Part shown: one piece after another, positions 11,542 through 25,329 of the stretch
Layout: the number at the start of each line of letters is the position of its first letter
How positions within the stretch are numbered: position 1 is the stretch's first letter
Source of the DNA: Tubiluchus corallicola
Taxonomy: Eukaryota > Animalia > Priapulida
Length of the DNA: 57,119 nt
Reading direction: 5' to 3'
Assembly: GCA_030141605.1 (NCBI GenBank)
Contig: JAQGDQ010001181.1
Span: 1 to 57,119, forward strand
Translations under genes and position numbers: made by a program
Notes under the pieces: model-generated
The model's database searches: none
Seen by the model: the letters and a program-made list of their open reading frames with translations, nothing else
Told to the model about the DNA's origin: nothing

Positions 11542-12303
11542 TTTATCTTTAAAACTCTGTACAGAATACATTCCCTCTATTTGTAGGGATATGTTTAAAA
11601 TTTCTAAAAGCGTTTACAACGTATTAAACCTATTCACATATATATATATATATAATTTAGAATCCAACGCATGAGACACATTGAACGACAATGATCATAT
11701 ACAATAGACATAGTTACAAATTATAGTCCAACACTACATACATACATAATAAAAGATAACGAACATATTTTAATACTTAGTAACAAAAATTTACGCACAT
11801 TATACACAATGAAAAACAGCGAGTACAATTATAATAAACATAATTACCAATTCTAATGTAAATTCACATAATCATAAAAAACAGCATATAGAAAACACGA
11901 CGAGAGTTGTAAAATTTCATCACCAACAGACTGTTTATATACGAGCGAAAGACGATAGGAATTCATCCGAGATAAGATTTGCAAAAGCATTTATAGCATT
12001 ATTATCCCGGCTAGAGAAAACATAGTCCGAATCTAACGTAGGCAGAGTGATAATAAAATCATTTCTTTTGCCTTGGTTTACTAATGTACATTCAAATAAT
12101 AAATGATGTACAGACTGAGGGCTTAATAAGCAGTTACATGTGCTATTAGGAGCCTGCCCAATTTTGTACAAAAATTCCTTAAAATTTCCCTGCTTAAGTA
12201 ATAAACTGAAAGCTAAAACTTCTAATTTTCTCCTGCCCAAAGAAACAGGGAATTGCGTGGGCGTATTAAAAACTTTTATCGGGTTAATACTGGTTATACA
12301 CAA
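11487..12303 (-). mobile_element. 3' fragment of an I/R1-like non-LTR retrotransposon with (TAA)n tail
   Basis: ORF 11935..12303 has GNFKEFLYKIG...CNC...QSVHHLLFEC, the C-terminal CCHC-type motif of I/R1-group ORF2; (AAT)n tail at 11487-11540. Confidence 0.75.
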
Positions 12304-12869
12304 TGAAAAATGATTGTGCAGATTGCGAGAACAATGATAATAAACACAATTACCAATTCCAATGTAAATTCACATGATCATAAATAAAAACAAAACAGCA
12401 CATAAGTGTTAATTAAACTGAAGGAAAAAGTTGAGCGCCGCGCAATGACCGGAAGTGCCGGTTTAGCCGGAAGTTACACAAGCAGCGTCAACAAAAACAG
12501 ACTCAGCGCAACACGACGCTCCCAAACATCCTCTACTATAAAAAAAATGTATGAAGTTCCAATCCACAGTTTGAAATAAACAAAAGCACAAACAAACACA
12601 AAGGATTATTTTCTGGGTGGGGGATTTTGTAATTTGTAATTACGTTATAAACGCGTTCGCAGGAAGACACATGAAATGAAATAAGGTAAAAAACTTACAG
12701 GTTTACAGGAAGTCACAGGAAGCAGGGCACAGGAAAAAATAACTACAACTCTAGTGCGTCTTAGCAAATGTTTGTATGACGATGATGATGATGACGATGA
12801 TGACGACGACGACGATGATGATGATGATGCCGACGACGATGATGATGATGATGATTGTAAAATTGTCAA

Positions 12870-13550
12870 ACTTAAATAGCTAAAATCTGTAAATATTACA
12901 ATTATATTCGAATCTCTTTGTTATAATGTTAACTAACTTTTCTTATCAGCAATAATTCCAACTGTATAAAACAAAGTTTGCTGAAATACCTTACTATTAG
13001 TTGTTCATAAGATGTGGACGCATAACGGCAATTTTTCTACATAGGTAACTACTAGGCGGTTTTATATAGTATTTTTATACACATGGTGCTTGCAAAGTGC
13101 TTGTATAGTAAATTTATATATATTACAAATGTTAGAAAATTTTCTACTAAATACAATGGCCCTTACATATGGAATTCAATTGCTCCAGCTATTAAAAATG
13201 CCAACTCGCTGTCCATATTTAAAAAAATTATAAATTAAACTTACTTGAAACATATAACTGATCACTCAATAATGATTTGTTGTTTTTCATTTTCAAAAAC
13301 TTCCCCTCTAGTATTATAATATTTTTATCACTTCCCACCCGTATTTATATTTGTATATATTGTCATATTGTATCTGTATATATTGTTTTTTCGTAACTAA
13401 TTCTACGATAACCTAGGTTCTTAGGTCTCTAGCGCAGAATTCATGAATTGTATCATATTTTTGTATTAACAAAAACTGATTATCGATGCACATGTAATGT
13501 ATATGTATATATGTATATGTTTATTGCCAAATAAATCTATTAAACCTAAA
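12870..13550 (+). mobile_element. Degenerate CR1/L2-group LINE 3' end
   Basis: 13159-13235 reads GPYIWNSIAPAIKNANSLSIFKK, typical of CR1/L2 ORF2 C-termini; AT-rich UTR with aataaa follows. Confidence 0.65.
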
Positions 13551-13724
13551 AAAATAAAGTGCTTGTGAAGTTCACGTACTAAGCGCAAAGTGACAATCCA
13601 GATATCCGTTATTTACACTGAAGTATTTATTTAATTCTTGCATTTTAATTAAAATTTCTGTAATTAATCGGCCTGTAAATGGAGGCCTCGTTTGTATACA
13701 CCCTTTTCTATAGAATTACGAAAT

Positions 13725-13771
<47 letters not shown>

Positions 13772-14687
13772 TTCTTGGAAAAGACGTGTTCTTTTCCTTT
13801 AATGATGGATTTCTTATTAACTGAACATGAAGGTTTACTGAGTTATACAAACAACAACAACAACAACAACAGCGCCAAAAACACGCTCAATATAACATGA
13901 CATTTGCAAGTTTAAGGACATGTTGCCGACACAAACAAACATGCTTTGATCTCTAATCAGTAATCTCTCTCTCTCTCTCTCTCTCTTCCTACTCAGCACA
14001 CACAGAGATCCACTGTTCATGGATAAATGGGCAATTCCTCTTAAACAAGCTGTGAAACAAGCACCACCTACAATGCCCACCGGCTAGTGTTTGAGAGAAG
14101 GGAAGGTCAGAGCAGCAGGTAAAGTGAGAAACTGTTGCGCGTTTCGAGCAAGAAACGTTTTTTTTTAATCGCCCCGACAAGGCCAACGGTCACTCAGGCT
14201 AAGTGGCCACAGAACGGTGACAAATATGATACACGTCTAAAAATGCTGATATTTGAATCGTTAGTACATTAGGAGGTGTGTGTTGATGCTCTTTTTAAGG
14301 CAAATGAGATTCTAGAAAAAATGAGAACAATTTTCTGCCACAGAATACCACAGATAAGGGCCCGAGGGAAAACTGAATTATAAGGAGACGCGTTCTGCAG
14401 TAGGAATGCTCAGGATAAGATCAGGAGTAAAAAATCAATTTTATTCAAATTATCTTCACGCTTAATGTACGTCCAAACACTCCAAATATATTGCTGAAAA
14501 ATGGGAATGTTATTTTACAATTTCAGGAATTTCCACAAAAAAAGCACCAAAAAATTTGCCCGGGGCTTTGTGCTATGATGGGTACAAACTGTAAAAAATG
14601 CAGTGCGGGTTTGTGAAACATCATTACTACGGGTATTTCATTAACCGTAGATTTGTAAAATGCAAAACGCTCAGTAACTGAATAAGT

Positions 14688-15025
14688 TTAAAGGAAAAGA
14701 AAAGAATACAAACTTAGAAGACATCTTAACAATTTTCACAACTTACATACTGCTTTCTTAAGCATAATCATCCGAAGCATTCGTATTCGTAGCGCACTCT
14801 TCACTAACGAAGAAAAAGTTTAAATAACTTTATATTGTCAATAAGATTAATAACGTGTTTTTGGTGAGACAGCGGTGCACATTGGGACGGTAAGTCAGTT
14901 ACATTTTACCAGTTGGCACGCGCATTTTAAATTTCTTCCTGTACTTCAATTAAAATTTCTGTAATTTATCGGCCTCGTTTGTATACACCCTTTTGTATAG
15001 AATTACAAAATAAAGAAATATCGCT

Positions 15026-15082
<57 letters not shown>

Positions 15083-15207
15083 TCTTGGAAAGGACGTATT
15101 CTTTTCCTTTAATGTAGAATTTCTTATTAGCTGAACATGAAGGTTTAGTGAGTTATACAAACAACAGCAGTAGTAGTAGTAGCAGCAGCAGCAGCAACAG
15201 CAACAGC

Positions 15208-15246
<39 letters not shown>

Positions 15247-15368
15247 ACCACAAATATTCTTTTCTAGTTACACAAGTCTTTCAAACAAGTAAGAGTAATG
15301 TAATTTAACACAACTTTGTTTGGAAAGGTTTTTGGGACTTACTTTAAATCACATTTTCTTCCCTTTTA
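14688..15368 (+). mobile_element. Kolobok-like MITE interrupted by a ~300-bp microsatellite-rich insert (14940-15250)
   Basis: Termini TTAAaggaaaagaaaa ... ttttcttcccttTTAA; shared internal core. Confidence 0.7.
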
Positions 15369-16862
15369 ACCACATAACTGCCGTTTCAAGATCATTTCCC
15401 TTAAAATAACTTACCGCAACGACAAAACACAAATCAGCACCGAATTTCGTGATGAGGAACAAATTAAAGACACAAATTTACACAATTTTAAAGCAATAAG
15501 AAAGGATCTATTCCACAGCACAGAAAGTGACACAGTATAACTTACTAACCTGTTAAGCAGTTCCAAGTTCACGTACACAAGTGACAGTACGCACATATAT
15601 AAGGTAACAGTTAAGTGTTCCCCTTATCAGAATTCAAATAAAACAATCAGTCTTGATATTTGTAAACTTGGCAGGTAGCCTGTACGTCACACAAAAGCTA
15701 CCGGATCTGGAATTTCTCAATTTGAACAGTTTTTCCGGCACATTTTTAAGTATCCTTTATCCCATATATGAGCTTCATTCATTACATCATTCCATTTTAA
15801 GCACTAATGTTTTTTCTTTTTTTATCACGATTCGCTTAAATTTTCAGATTATCTCCATTACTTTTTTTTCTTTCACTGCGTGGGACAATCTAACAAGCCC
15901 TGCTTTTTGATTGTCCGCTACACATTTACCCTCGTGTATAAGTGAACAGTGTTTGAGGCTTTTCCTATGCAGTATTTCTTATTTGTATTATGTTCATTGT
16001 AGGCCCTTTCACTAGATATTGTATATGTAACCATTGTAAATGTGTAAGGTGAAATAAATGACTTATGACTTATCACCACGTCTATGGTGCGTCCAGGATC
16101 TCACCTCACTGTTCACACTGCACTCATTACAGTTTATAGTTTGTTAGATCCACATGTGACATACATGTTAAACAATATCAAAAGTTTGTAACAATACAAA
16201 AACTTCAAAAAAAAAACAAGTGTAGATGGAGTGCTTAAAAAGTGAGAATACATGTGTAAAGCATCATTCTCATAGGCTTGCTTTTTAACATTTCCAGGCG
16301 AAGAACAGCTGCTCATATACCTAGTTTTCCTTCGGGCCTCTTATCCATGGAATTTCTTATCAGAAATTTACTTTTTTGAAGCAAGTAACCTCATACAATT
16401 CAAAAAGAACATCAACGGGCACCTTTCGCGACCATCAAATTAGAATTACGAATTCCATTTATCTGGAAACAATACAAAAGTTTTCTGCATACCCTCACGT
16501 TGAGTGACCAGTGGTCTTGGTCGTGGTCGCGATAAGGAGGCCACCTGATTCAGAATTTCTGAATTCAGATAACATTTCCGGTGCATTTTCTTTTACAGAA
16601 AAAAAAACGCACTTAATTGGTCGTAAACTGCGACTCAGTGCACACGTCACACACCTCATTTTTTTTCACAAAAAGTTGTTATAAGTTCACTATGTGGGAA
16701 TTTGTGCATCTATGCTCTTCAAGGTCAGACACTGATGCGAGAAATACAGCAACAATGCGGGCGTTCAAGATAAATCAACTCTTAGAACTAGGGCAACAGA
16801 TATAGTATCTGTCGGTGATCAAATAGCCATCAAAAATCAAATATCTATGCATGCACGATGCC

Positions 16863-17320
<458 letters not shown>

Positions 17321-18059
17321 ACGATGCCTATCCTAATTGGTATAGTAAACAGCAAGCAGGTTTCCTATCTTTAGCTTTATGTTTATTGATTTTCCATAAC
17401 CGCTGCCATCTGGAATGCCAATGCAAGAATTTCTGGGACGACCACCGCTTCACGTGCACTCTGGTGGCCATTATGCGAACTAACAAAAGTTTATCCGTAA
17501 TGAGACAAAGAAGACGCCACTTCTTGGAAATTGGACAGGTAACTAGCTTGAGTGGCTAATAGCCAAGTCACTCAGCATACTGGGTTTATTTTACTTAAAT
17601 CTAGAAAAATATAAGAAAGAAATTTGCAAAAAAACTGTCTATAAAGCAAAAATTTAAAATATACAACCTCCGAATAGAAATTTTCAGGTTCAGTGATTCA
17701 CTTGAAAATCATGACGTAACTGGTGGACTTCGCGACTTTCCGTGAGCGTCTCGTGCCTTTCCGTGAACGCGTGCTGCTTATATTACTTCAAACTTCTGCA
17801 GCTTACCTAAGCTTCACGCAAACGTATTAGAAAATTATCGTTTTGACAAAATTGTTATACGTTTGTTGAAGACTGACCGTGCACTACTTTTCTTCAAGAT
17901 GAATGACGTCATTGGAAGAATGGGCATTGAAAATGGGAGCGCCCAAGCATGAAGTGATCGCAACTTTAAAGTGATTTTACTAATTACACGAGGCGCTTAT
18001 TGCATTTTTACTACTAAATCCTTCTAACATTTTCCACCAATGTTGAAATAAGCCTAACT

Positions 18060-19335
18060 TCCTAGAAGACCTGACCTTTTCTTCCAAGTTTTTAAGTGAA
18101 GACTCAAATTGCACAAATACAATTGCTAATACGGAATGCTCTACCAGGAAATTCTTTCCTTGAAAACTACAACCTCATCCCAGTTTAAAAAGAACGTCAA
18201 CAGATACTTCTGTCACTAACGAATTAGTGGTATGAATTCAATTCCTATGGACAGATAACCCTTTACTTTTTGTCACTAAGGAATTAGTGGTATGAATTCA
18301 ATTCCTATGGACAGATAACCCTTTACTTTCTGTCACTAACGAATTAGTGGTATGAATTTAATTCCTATGGACAGATAACCCTTTACTTTTTGTCACTAAG
18401 GAATTAGTGGTATGAATTCAATTCCTATGGACAGATAACCCTTTACTTTTTGTCACTAAGGAATTAGTGGTATGAATTCAATTCCTATGGACAGATAACC
18501 CTTTGCCTTCTGTCACTAACGAATTAGTGGTATGAATTCAATTCCTATGGACAGATAACCCTTTACTTTTTGTCACTAAGGAATTAGTGGTATGAATTCA
18601 ATTCCTATGGACAGATAACCCTTTACTTTTTGTCACTAACGAATTAGTGGTATGAATTTAATTCCTATGGACAGATAACCCTTTGCCTTCTGTCACTAAG
18701 GAATTAGTGGTATGAATTCAATTCCTATGGACAGATAACCCTTTACTTTTTGTCACTAAGGAATTAGTGGTATGAATTCAATTCCTATGGACAGATAACC
18801 CTTTACTTTTTGTCACTAAGGAATTAGTGGTATGAATTCAATTCCTATGGACAGATAACCCTTTACTTGCTGTCACTAACGAATTAGTGGTATAAATTCA
18901 ATTCCTATGGACAGATAACCCTTTACTTTTTGTCACTAAAGAATTAGTGGTATAAATTCAATTCCTATGGACAGATAACCCTTTACTTTTTGTCACTAAC
19001 GAATTAGTGGTATAAATTCAATTCCTATGGACAGATAACCCTTTACTTTTTGTCACTAAAGAATTAGTGGTATAAATTCAATTCCTATGGACAGATAACC
19101 CTTTACTTGCTGTCACTAACGAATTAGTGGTATAAATTCAATTCCTATGGACAGATAACCCTTTACTTTTTGTCACTAAGGAATTAGTGGTATGAATTCA
19201 ATTCCTATGGACAGATAACCCTTTACTTTTTGTCACTAAGGAATTAGTGGTATGAATTCAATTCCTATGGACAGATAACCCTTAACCCTTTACTTTGCGT
19301 GGTCAATGGCCCTGTTTGGGGCGACTTGTATAGAA
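18060..19335 (+). mobile_element. CR1/L2-like LINE 3' fragment hosting a minisatellite
   Basis: 18134-18210 reads roughly NALPGNSFLENYNLI/QFKKNVNRYF; related unamplified sequence at about 16320-16530. Confidence 0.55.
18211..19283. repeat. 60-bp minisatellite, ~18 near-identical copies
   Basis: tgtcactaaggaattagtggtatgaattcaattcctatggacagataaccctttactttt in exact 60-bp register. Confidence 0.99.
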
Positions 19336-19617
19336 AATAGATTGAAAATTTACTACCGTATAAACATATCACAATGTATGCGATATAAATTAAACTTCAC
19401 TGACGTTTACTGTCTATCGCCAATCTCTGAATTTGTCAACCACTGTAATAAATGCATCGTGAACTGCAATCAGTATTCAACACAATCTCTTGCAATGAAT
19501 CATTTTCTCTATACGTTATCTGGCGAGATCACCACGGACAATTTAAACTGCAAATAGTCGACAAGAGTTTCTCAAATCAAAGCGATTAGGATCATAATAA
19601 CATCGCGCGCATCGTGT

Positions 19618-19875
19618 AGTGGATACGCCACAAGCAGCAAAACTCATGCCGCAGAATGGATACGCCCAAACCAGCAAACTCATCGAGTAGACTGGATACG
19701 CACAAGCAGCAAAACTCATTCCGGAGAATGGATACGCCACAAATAGCAAAACTCGTTGTGCTGAATGGATATGCCACAACCACGTCGCAAAACTTACTGA
19801 ACAGACTGGATACGCCCACAACCAGCAAAACTCATGCCACAGACTGGATACGCCCAGAACCAGCAAAACTCATTT
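19618..19875. repeat. ~36-40-bp tandem repeat
   Basis: Repeated ggatacgcc(c)acaa(g/c)cagcaaaactcat; explains the three overlapping ORFs. Confidence 0.9.
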
Positions 19876-20039
19876 CCGTTCGACAATAATACCTTGAACT
19901 TTTCACTGCCAACTTGCTAACACAGAGTGACGTTTTCCCGTATGCATAATCTGCATGGCTTCCAAAAATAACTGCAGCTGCAGTCTGCCATATTTATGCT
20001 GATGATAAATCAGAGGTTAGAATAAAATCCAGCAAGCCC

Positions 20040-20212
20040 AGAAACTTTACTGTCAATGATAAGGTACATACTAAATAATAGATAACACAAAACAGCTAGA
20101 TGTTCAGTATTAAAAAGGTCACAAACTCTCACTACGGGTTCGAATGTAGCAGGCAACTATGGTGTTCCTCAAGGATCCACCATAGGACCACTGCTTTTTC
20201 TTATCTACATTC
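20040..20212 (+). pseudogene. CR1/L2-type reverse transcriptase fragment
   Basis: Reads YGVPQGSTIGPLLFLIYI, the conserved RT motif. Confidence 0.75.
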
Positions 20213-20721
20213 TTCTCTTGCTATCAAAAGCGCTCCCTAGAGTAAATCAGCTCTTAATCACTTTTATAGCACGGAGTGTCGAGTTTTAGTTGCTCCGTGT
20301 TTATTAGACTGCAATATAACCGATTATAAAACCTGAATAAGCTGCTTATGGTACTGATTAAATTGCAACAGCAGCAGTCATAGCCTAAAGCAGTGCTTGT
20401 CATCCTTTTTTTTGATATCCTGAACTCATCTAGTATTTTTTTGACGTCCCTTTTCGCTCCCAACTTACACGAATTTGCCTTCACGTCGGAGTTCCTGTGC
20501 TACGATTACTGGAACAGAACAAACCAAACACAGGCGACACGTTTTACAAAAAATTAGTTTCCTCAGTCACATTTGGATGTGCAGCATATATATCCTGCCT
20601 CAATGAGGTGGATATCTTCGGAAGAACTCTCAGCACGAGTATTGAAACAGATAGTCACTGATCCATTTACCAAACAGGCTCAGCATTGCTTAACTTCTTC
20701 AATAGTAACCATCCGGTCATT

Positions 20722-21330
20722 GGAGGGTTAGGGTCAGGAAGGGCATCCGCCTGTAAAAACTGAGCCAAAACCTTTTTATGAATGAATGATAGACGAGGTG
20801 AATTTCAGGATTCAGTGTGGTTGGAATAATTGGCGAAAAGTTTCGGGTGTGATATGAGGATTCCAGTGAGACTTAAAGGTAAAGTTCACAAAGCAGTGGT
20901 CAGACCCGCCCTAATCTATGGGCTGGAAGCAGCACCTCTAAAGAAGACCGAAGAGAAGAAAATGGATGTGGCGGAGATGAGGATGTTGAGATGGATGGTG
21001 GGAGTAACAAGAAGGGATAAAATCAGGAATAGTAATATTAGAGGAACAGTGAAAGTAGTGGAAGCCTCGAAAAAGATACAAGAAGCAAGATTGTGATGGT
21101 ATGGGCACCTGAAAAGAAGAGTTGGGAAGATCACGTGGGAAGGGAGGTCATGGAAATGGAAGTGCTGGGAAATAGAAGAAGAGGACGACCCAAGCTGAGA
21201 TGGTTCGAATGTATTAACGGAGACCTTAGAGAGAAGAACATAAATGAAGAGATGGTCAACAACAGGAATGCATGGAGAAGACTCATTCACAACGGCGACC
21301 CCGCATAGGGAAAAGCTGGGAAGAAGAAGA
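20722..21330 (+). mobile_element. RTE-clade LINE, short internally deleted or truncated copy
   Basis: LKGKVHKAVVRPALIYGLE...AEMRMLRWMVGVTRRDKIRN...RRRGRPKLRW, with stop and frameshift; (GAA)n tail; 18-bp TSD agtaa(c/t)catccggtcatt at 20704-20721 and 21331-21348. Confidence 0.93.
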
Positions 21331-21849
21331 AGTAATCATCCGGTCATTATATAAGAATTATTAACTAATATTTTATCAACAAGCAGCTGGGAAGTGCCAT
21401 GCTTGCATGTCAACAATCTTGCCTGGAGTACGTCCAGCGTTGTTTTATAACATTTCAATATTTGTATATTTGTTTGCATTAGCTGATCCATTAGTGCGCC
21501 ATATTAAACAACCATCATTACTTGCAGCTGCACTATAAACCACCGTCACGGTACATTAGTCATTCACGACGCATCCACTCGATAATTACTACTACTACTG
21601 CAACATTCAAAATTACGCGAATTACGAAAGTGCGCCCCTGTAAAAAAACTTTTTCATCCAAATGGCTTCATAGGTCCTGAACTGCTGAGAAATATTTGTC
21701 GAGATGCATTAGTCGCTCATTGAGCACTCGATAATTACTACGGCAACATTCCACAACAGTGAATATTATGACGCACGTCGAATTGCGAAAGTGCGCACCA
21801 ATGAAAAAATTGTTTATAAATGGCTTCAGAGACCCTGCATGGTTAAGAA

Positions 21850-22100
21850 TATTATTACAGCCTGAAATTTCACAATATTGAAAACGAAAATTGTGTATTA
21901 CGAAACTGGATACCTGTAAAAATTAATTCAGCATATAATAATAGCTTCAGAAATAACGAAACACGGGGGCTTAGTGGCCACCTACGAACAAGCAGAAAAG
22001 GAGGCACAAAAATCAGTAATAAAAGATACGCCACTAATGTAGATAAGAAAAAGTAGTGGTCCAAAGATGGATCGTTGTGGCACCCCACGATCTTCCTGCA
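21850..22100 (-). pseudogene. CR1/L2-type reverse transcriptase fragment
   Basis: GVPQRSIFGPLLFLIYI in ORF 21982..22167. Confidence 0.7.
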
Positions 22101-23983
22101 CATAAACCACACACATAACAGACTTTAATTCATATAAACTGTGGTCGTTTTGCTCTCGAGGAGACACTCGTTATTTTTTCCAAGATTGAGGAGACAAAGA
22201 TTCAGAGGGCACGAAAAACACAAGATGAATTCCGGTAGTTGCAACACTGTCACTAAACCCCTAGGGTAAGAGATTCGCCACACTCTTGGCTTCTCAGCTG
22301 CTGCTGATGCTGGGCACAGGAAGTGAAGATCTGTCACTAGCTTCTCTGGCATGCTCTGGGTGAGCTAATGATAACCTGCCGCTGTTATCTGATAATATGC
22401 GTTACACGCGTGAATTAAAATCATTCCATTTACTTTCGCTGACAGACAAATATAGCCCATATTTCATTCCTGGCTTAATGCGTATGCATTACAAGAGCGT
22501 CTACATTAAATTAAACTCTCTTACCAGCGTCATTCTGAAATAACATCGATCCTCACTCTTCACCAGAGGTTCTCAGTGTTGAGGCGCCCTGGGGTGGGAA
22601 AGCTGGCGATGCTGACGCTTATGGATGATACAAGATTTGCAAGGTCTAGGTCTGATCATCTTAATTATAGTTGCGCTGAACAGTGTTTATTGTAATGTTC
22701 ATTAAACTATCACCAAAGAGCTGCAGTCAGGTGTCCATTCTTACAAAGTTATGCGGATATAGAATATACATATTAATCGTTCGGAAAATGGACAATAGAA
22801 TACAACAGTAACTCTCTCGGGTAACTAAAAAATTTTGTGTGTTGTTTATTGTGGGGGGGGGAGGTTAAAATGTGGTATATAAAAAGGGCTACATGACATT
22901 AGAGTGGCATTACTGCCAAAAGTTTGCAAACTACTTCGTACAAGAAAGTATTAGAACCACCCCGAAATAATATTGGATTGGGTTGTCCGTCTTTGTGTGT
23001 CATCTTGGAATAGCTCACTTCATCAAAATAGTTTCGAAACCCAAAACTTTTATTGCAATTATCAGAATGCCGTTTTACATACAGTTACGTTAACACGCTT
23101 GCCCAGGTCTCCATACTTAATTGGATCCTTCACACTGCCTTCCAATGGCCAATGTAACGCAAATTTCGTTGATAAAAGTGACCTGGGCTTCCTTCGTTTC
23201 ATTTAGCTGGCACGGACATTCGTATCAGAATGAGTTTGGCTTCTTTCTCTCTATTCAAGGAGAAGCAGCTTGTTAGAGGATCTTCCACGCAGACTGGGCA
23301 TTTTAGTATGACAGTCAGGATTAGAAAGACACGAGCAGGTAAGCAAACACACCTCAATCAAGCTCATTAAATCGCAAATAAGCAAGCTGAAGAACTGCTG
23401 AGGCTTAACTAAACAAGGCAATTAATCTTGAAGGTGAAACTGTGCAGTAAAAGCGTTACTGATGCATGCACGTACACGTAAACAGTCAATGTTGTCAGAA
23501 AAATGCACGCACGTTGGAACTTGACAATATGCAAGCCACATTAGACACAACTTTGCAAGAACATCTTATACGTCTAATTTTAGATAAGTTAGAACATTAT
23601 CAAGATTTTGGTTTTACTAAACAGTAAAATATGTTCTTGTGCCATTAATAACTCTGCACCACGAAATATACAATATGTAAGACATATCGTCCAAAAGTTA
23701 CCACGTTATCGTGCAAAATACCTGCCAGAACTTAACTAAAAATGATTAATACTAATTGTGTAGCTAAAAATTACGTATACAAACAAGCAGCATGCCACAA
23801 TCGTAAATTAATTACCATCTGCAAACCCAGTACCTAAACAACATAGTACCTTTTAAGTACCACCTGGGAAGGGCACTGACATACAAATATAATTTTCACT
23901 GGTCTATACTGAACTACGGTCACAGAGAGAAGCCATGTTGACACTTCAAAGCAGGGCAAAGCAATCCCAGCAAGCATTTTCCC

Positions 23984-24060
23984 GGGTTAGGTGGCCGAGT
24001 GGTCCAGATTTCGGACTGTATTCACACAATCTTGAGTTCGAGACTAGCGACTGTCAACGC
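23984..24060 (+). mobile_element. tRNA-derived SINE head or tRNA pseudogene (mirror at about 55153-55229, minus strand)
   Basis: A box tggccgagtgg, B box gagttcgagac; no intact acceptor stem. Confidence 0.6.
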
Positions 24061-25329
24061 CCTGAATATGTTATTCGTTATTTTGTGTGTTGCATCGTTA
24101 CCTGCATTGTTTGTAAAAATTTATGCAAGTGACTAAATAGTCATTAGTGCTGTGTGTTAAGATGAAAAACGGTAAATAATGTTGTCTTTCTCTTTAACTA
24201 ACATGCCAACGAAAAATGCAAGATTTTTCTTACTAAGAACTGGGTAGATGGTGCCATTGATACGAAAAAATTTCGATTTTACTTTTGTTATGAAATACCA
24301 GATTTTCTTTATAATGATACCAGTATTGCAAGATTTGATGACACCAATTTAGAAAACCTAAAACGTCCTGCTAATCTGTCACAGGTCTCATATGTTCAAC
24401 TACGTGGAAGTTGGAATTGTACATTGTAATTAGGTGCTGTCATCTATGTGCTAATCTTGTTACGTTCTACCAGCTGACTTACCTTCAGTATAATTGTATG
24501 GTCCAGTGAATACATACACACTGGTCCTCTCCCTATCTAAAATTAATGGTTGTTGTGAAGCCTGTGCAACTCTGCCTAGGTCAAGTTCTATATCTGTATA
24601 CTGGCTGTGAAACAGGTTTTACTGACTGTTTTTTGCTTTTTTGCTCAATGTTTAGTGCAGCAGTTTTGCTACTCATATTTTCTGTAGTTCAATAAACACT
24701 TTTCTGTTGTGTGCAGTGCAAATATTTATTATAGATTTTTGGTTCCTATTCATACTTCTCTGTGCTTAAACTCAATCATAACAAACTGACTGAACAGCAA
24801 CTTCAAAAATGACTTTCACAAACTATTATGGTAATTTTTCCAAGGCAATTAAACATGTGGTAGGCTTATTCCAAATGGTAGGAAGGTTATATACCAGCTA
24901 TACACATGAAGCACTTGTTCTCATACCTTGAAGAGAATACGGGACGTGGAAATACCTGCCATAGACCATAATTACACGTCTCCTGCATCAAAGCAATTAA
25001 GACTCGGAGAACCTAAGAGTGAAAGTCCTCCAAGAACACAGAATGTTTGTATGTCTTCCGCGTGTTAGCTTACTGTGTGAGTTCATACAGAGAGAGCTGG
25101 GTTTCCAAGCTATGTGTAAACAACTGAAGTGGCTAAACCTTGGTCAAGGTCACGCAAACACCGTGTCTGTGGTCGAGGGTCTCTCTCAGCGTGAGTGTGA
25201 TGACAGCTTGACTACATTCAGTTAGACGAAGAGTCACAAGGTCACTCGAGGTCACCATTGGTTAAATACACAACTTCCAGCTACAGTCGATGATACGGTA
25301 ATTTATAATGTGCATGTAAATTTCTGATC

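Noticed and set aside
18211-19283. Regular array as a possible CRISPR
   Set aside because: Head-to-tail identical units with no unique spacers, no cas genes, eukaryotic context
23984-24060. Functional tRNA gene
   Set aside because: A and B boxes are present but I could not form a proper cloverleaf; treated as a SINE head
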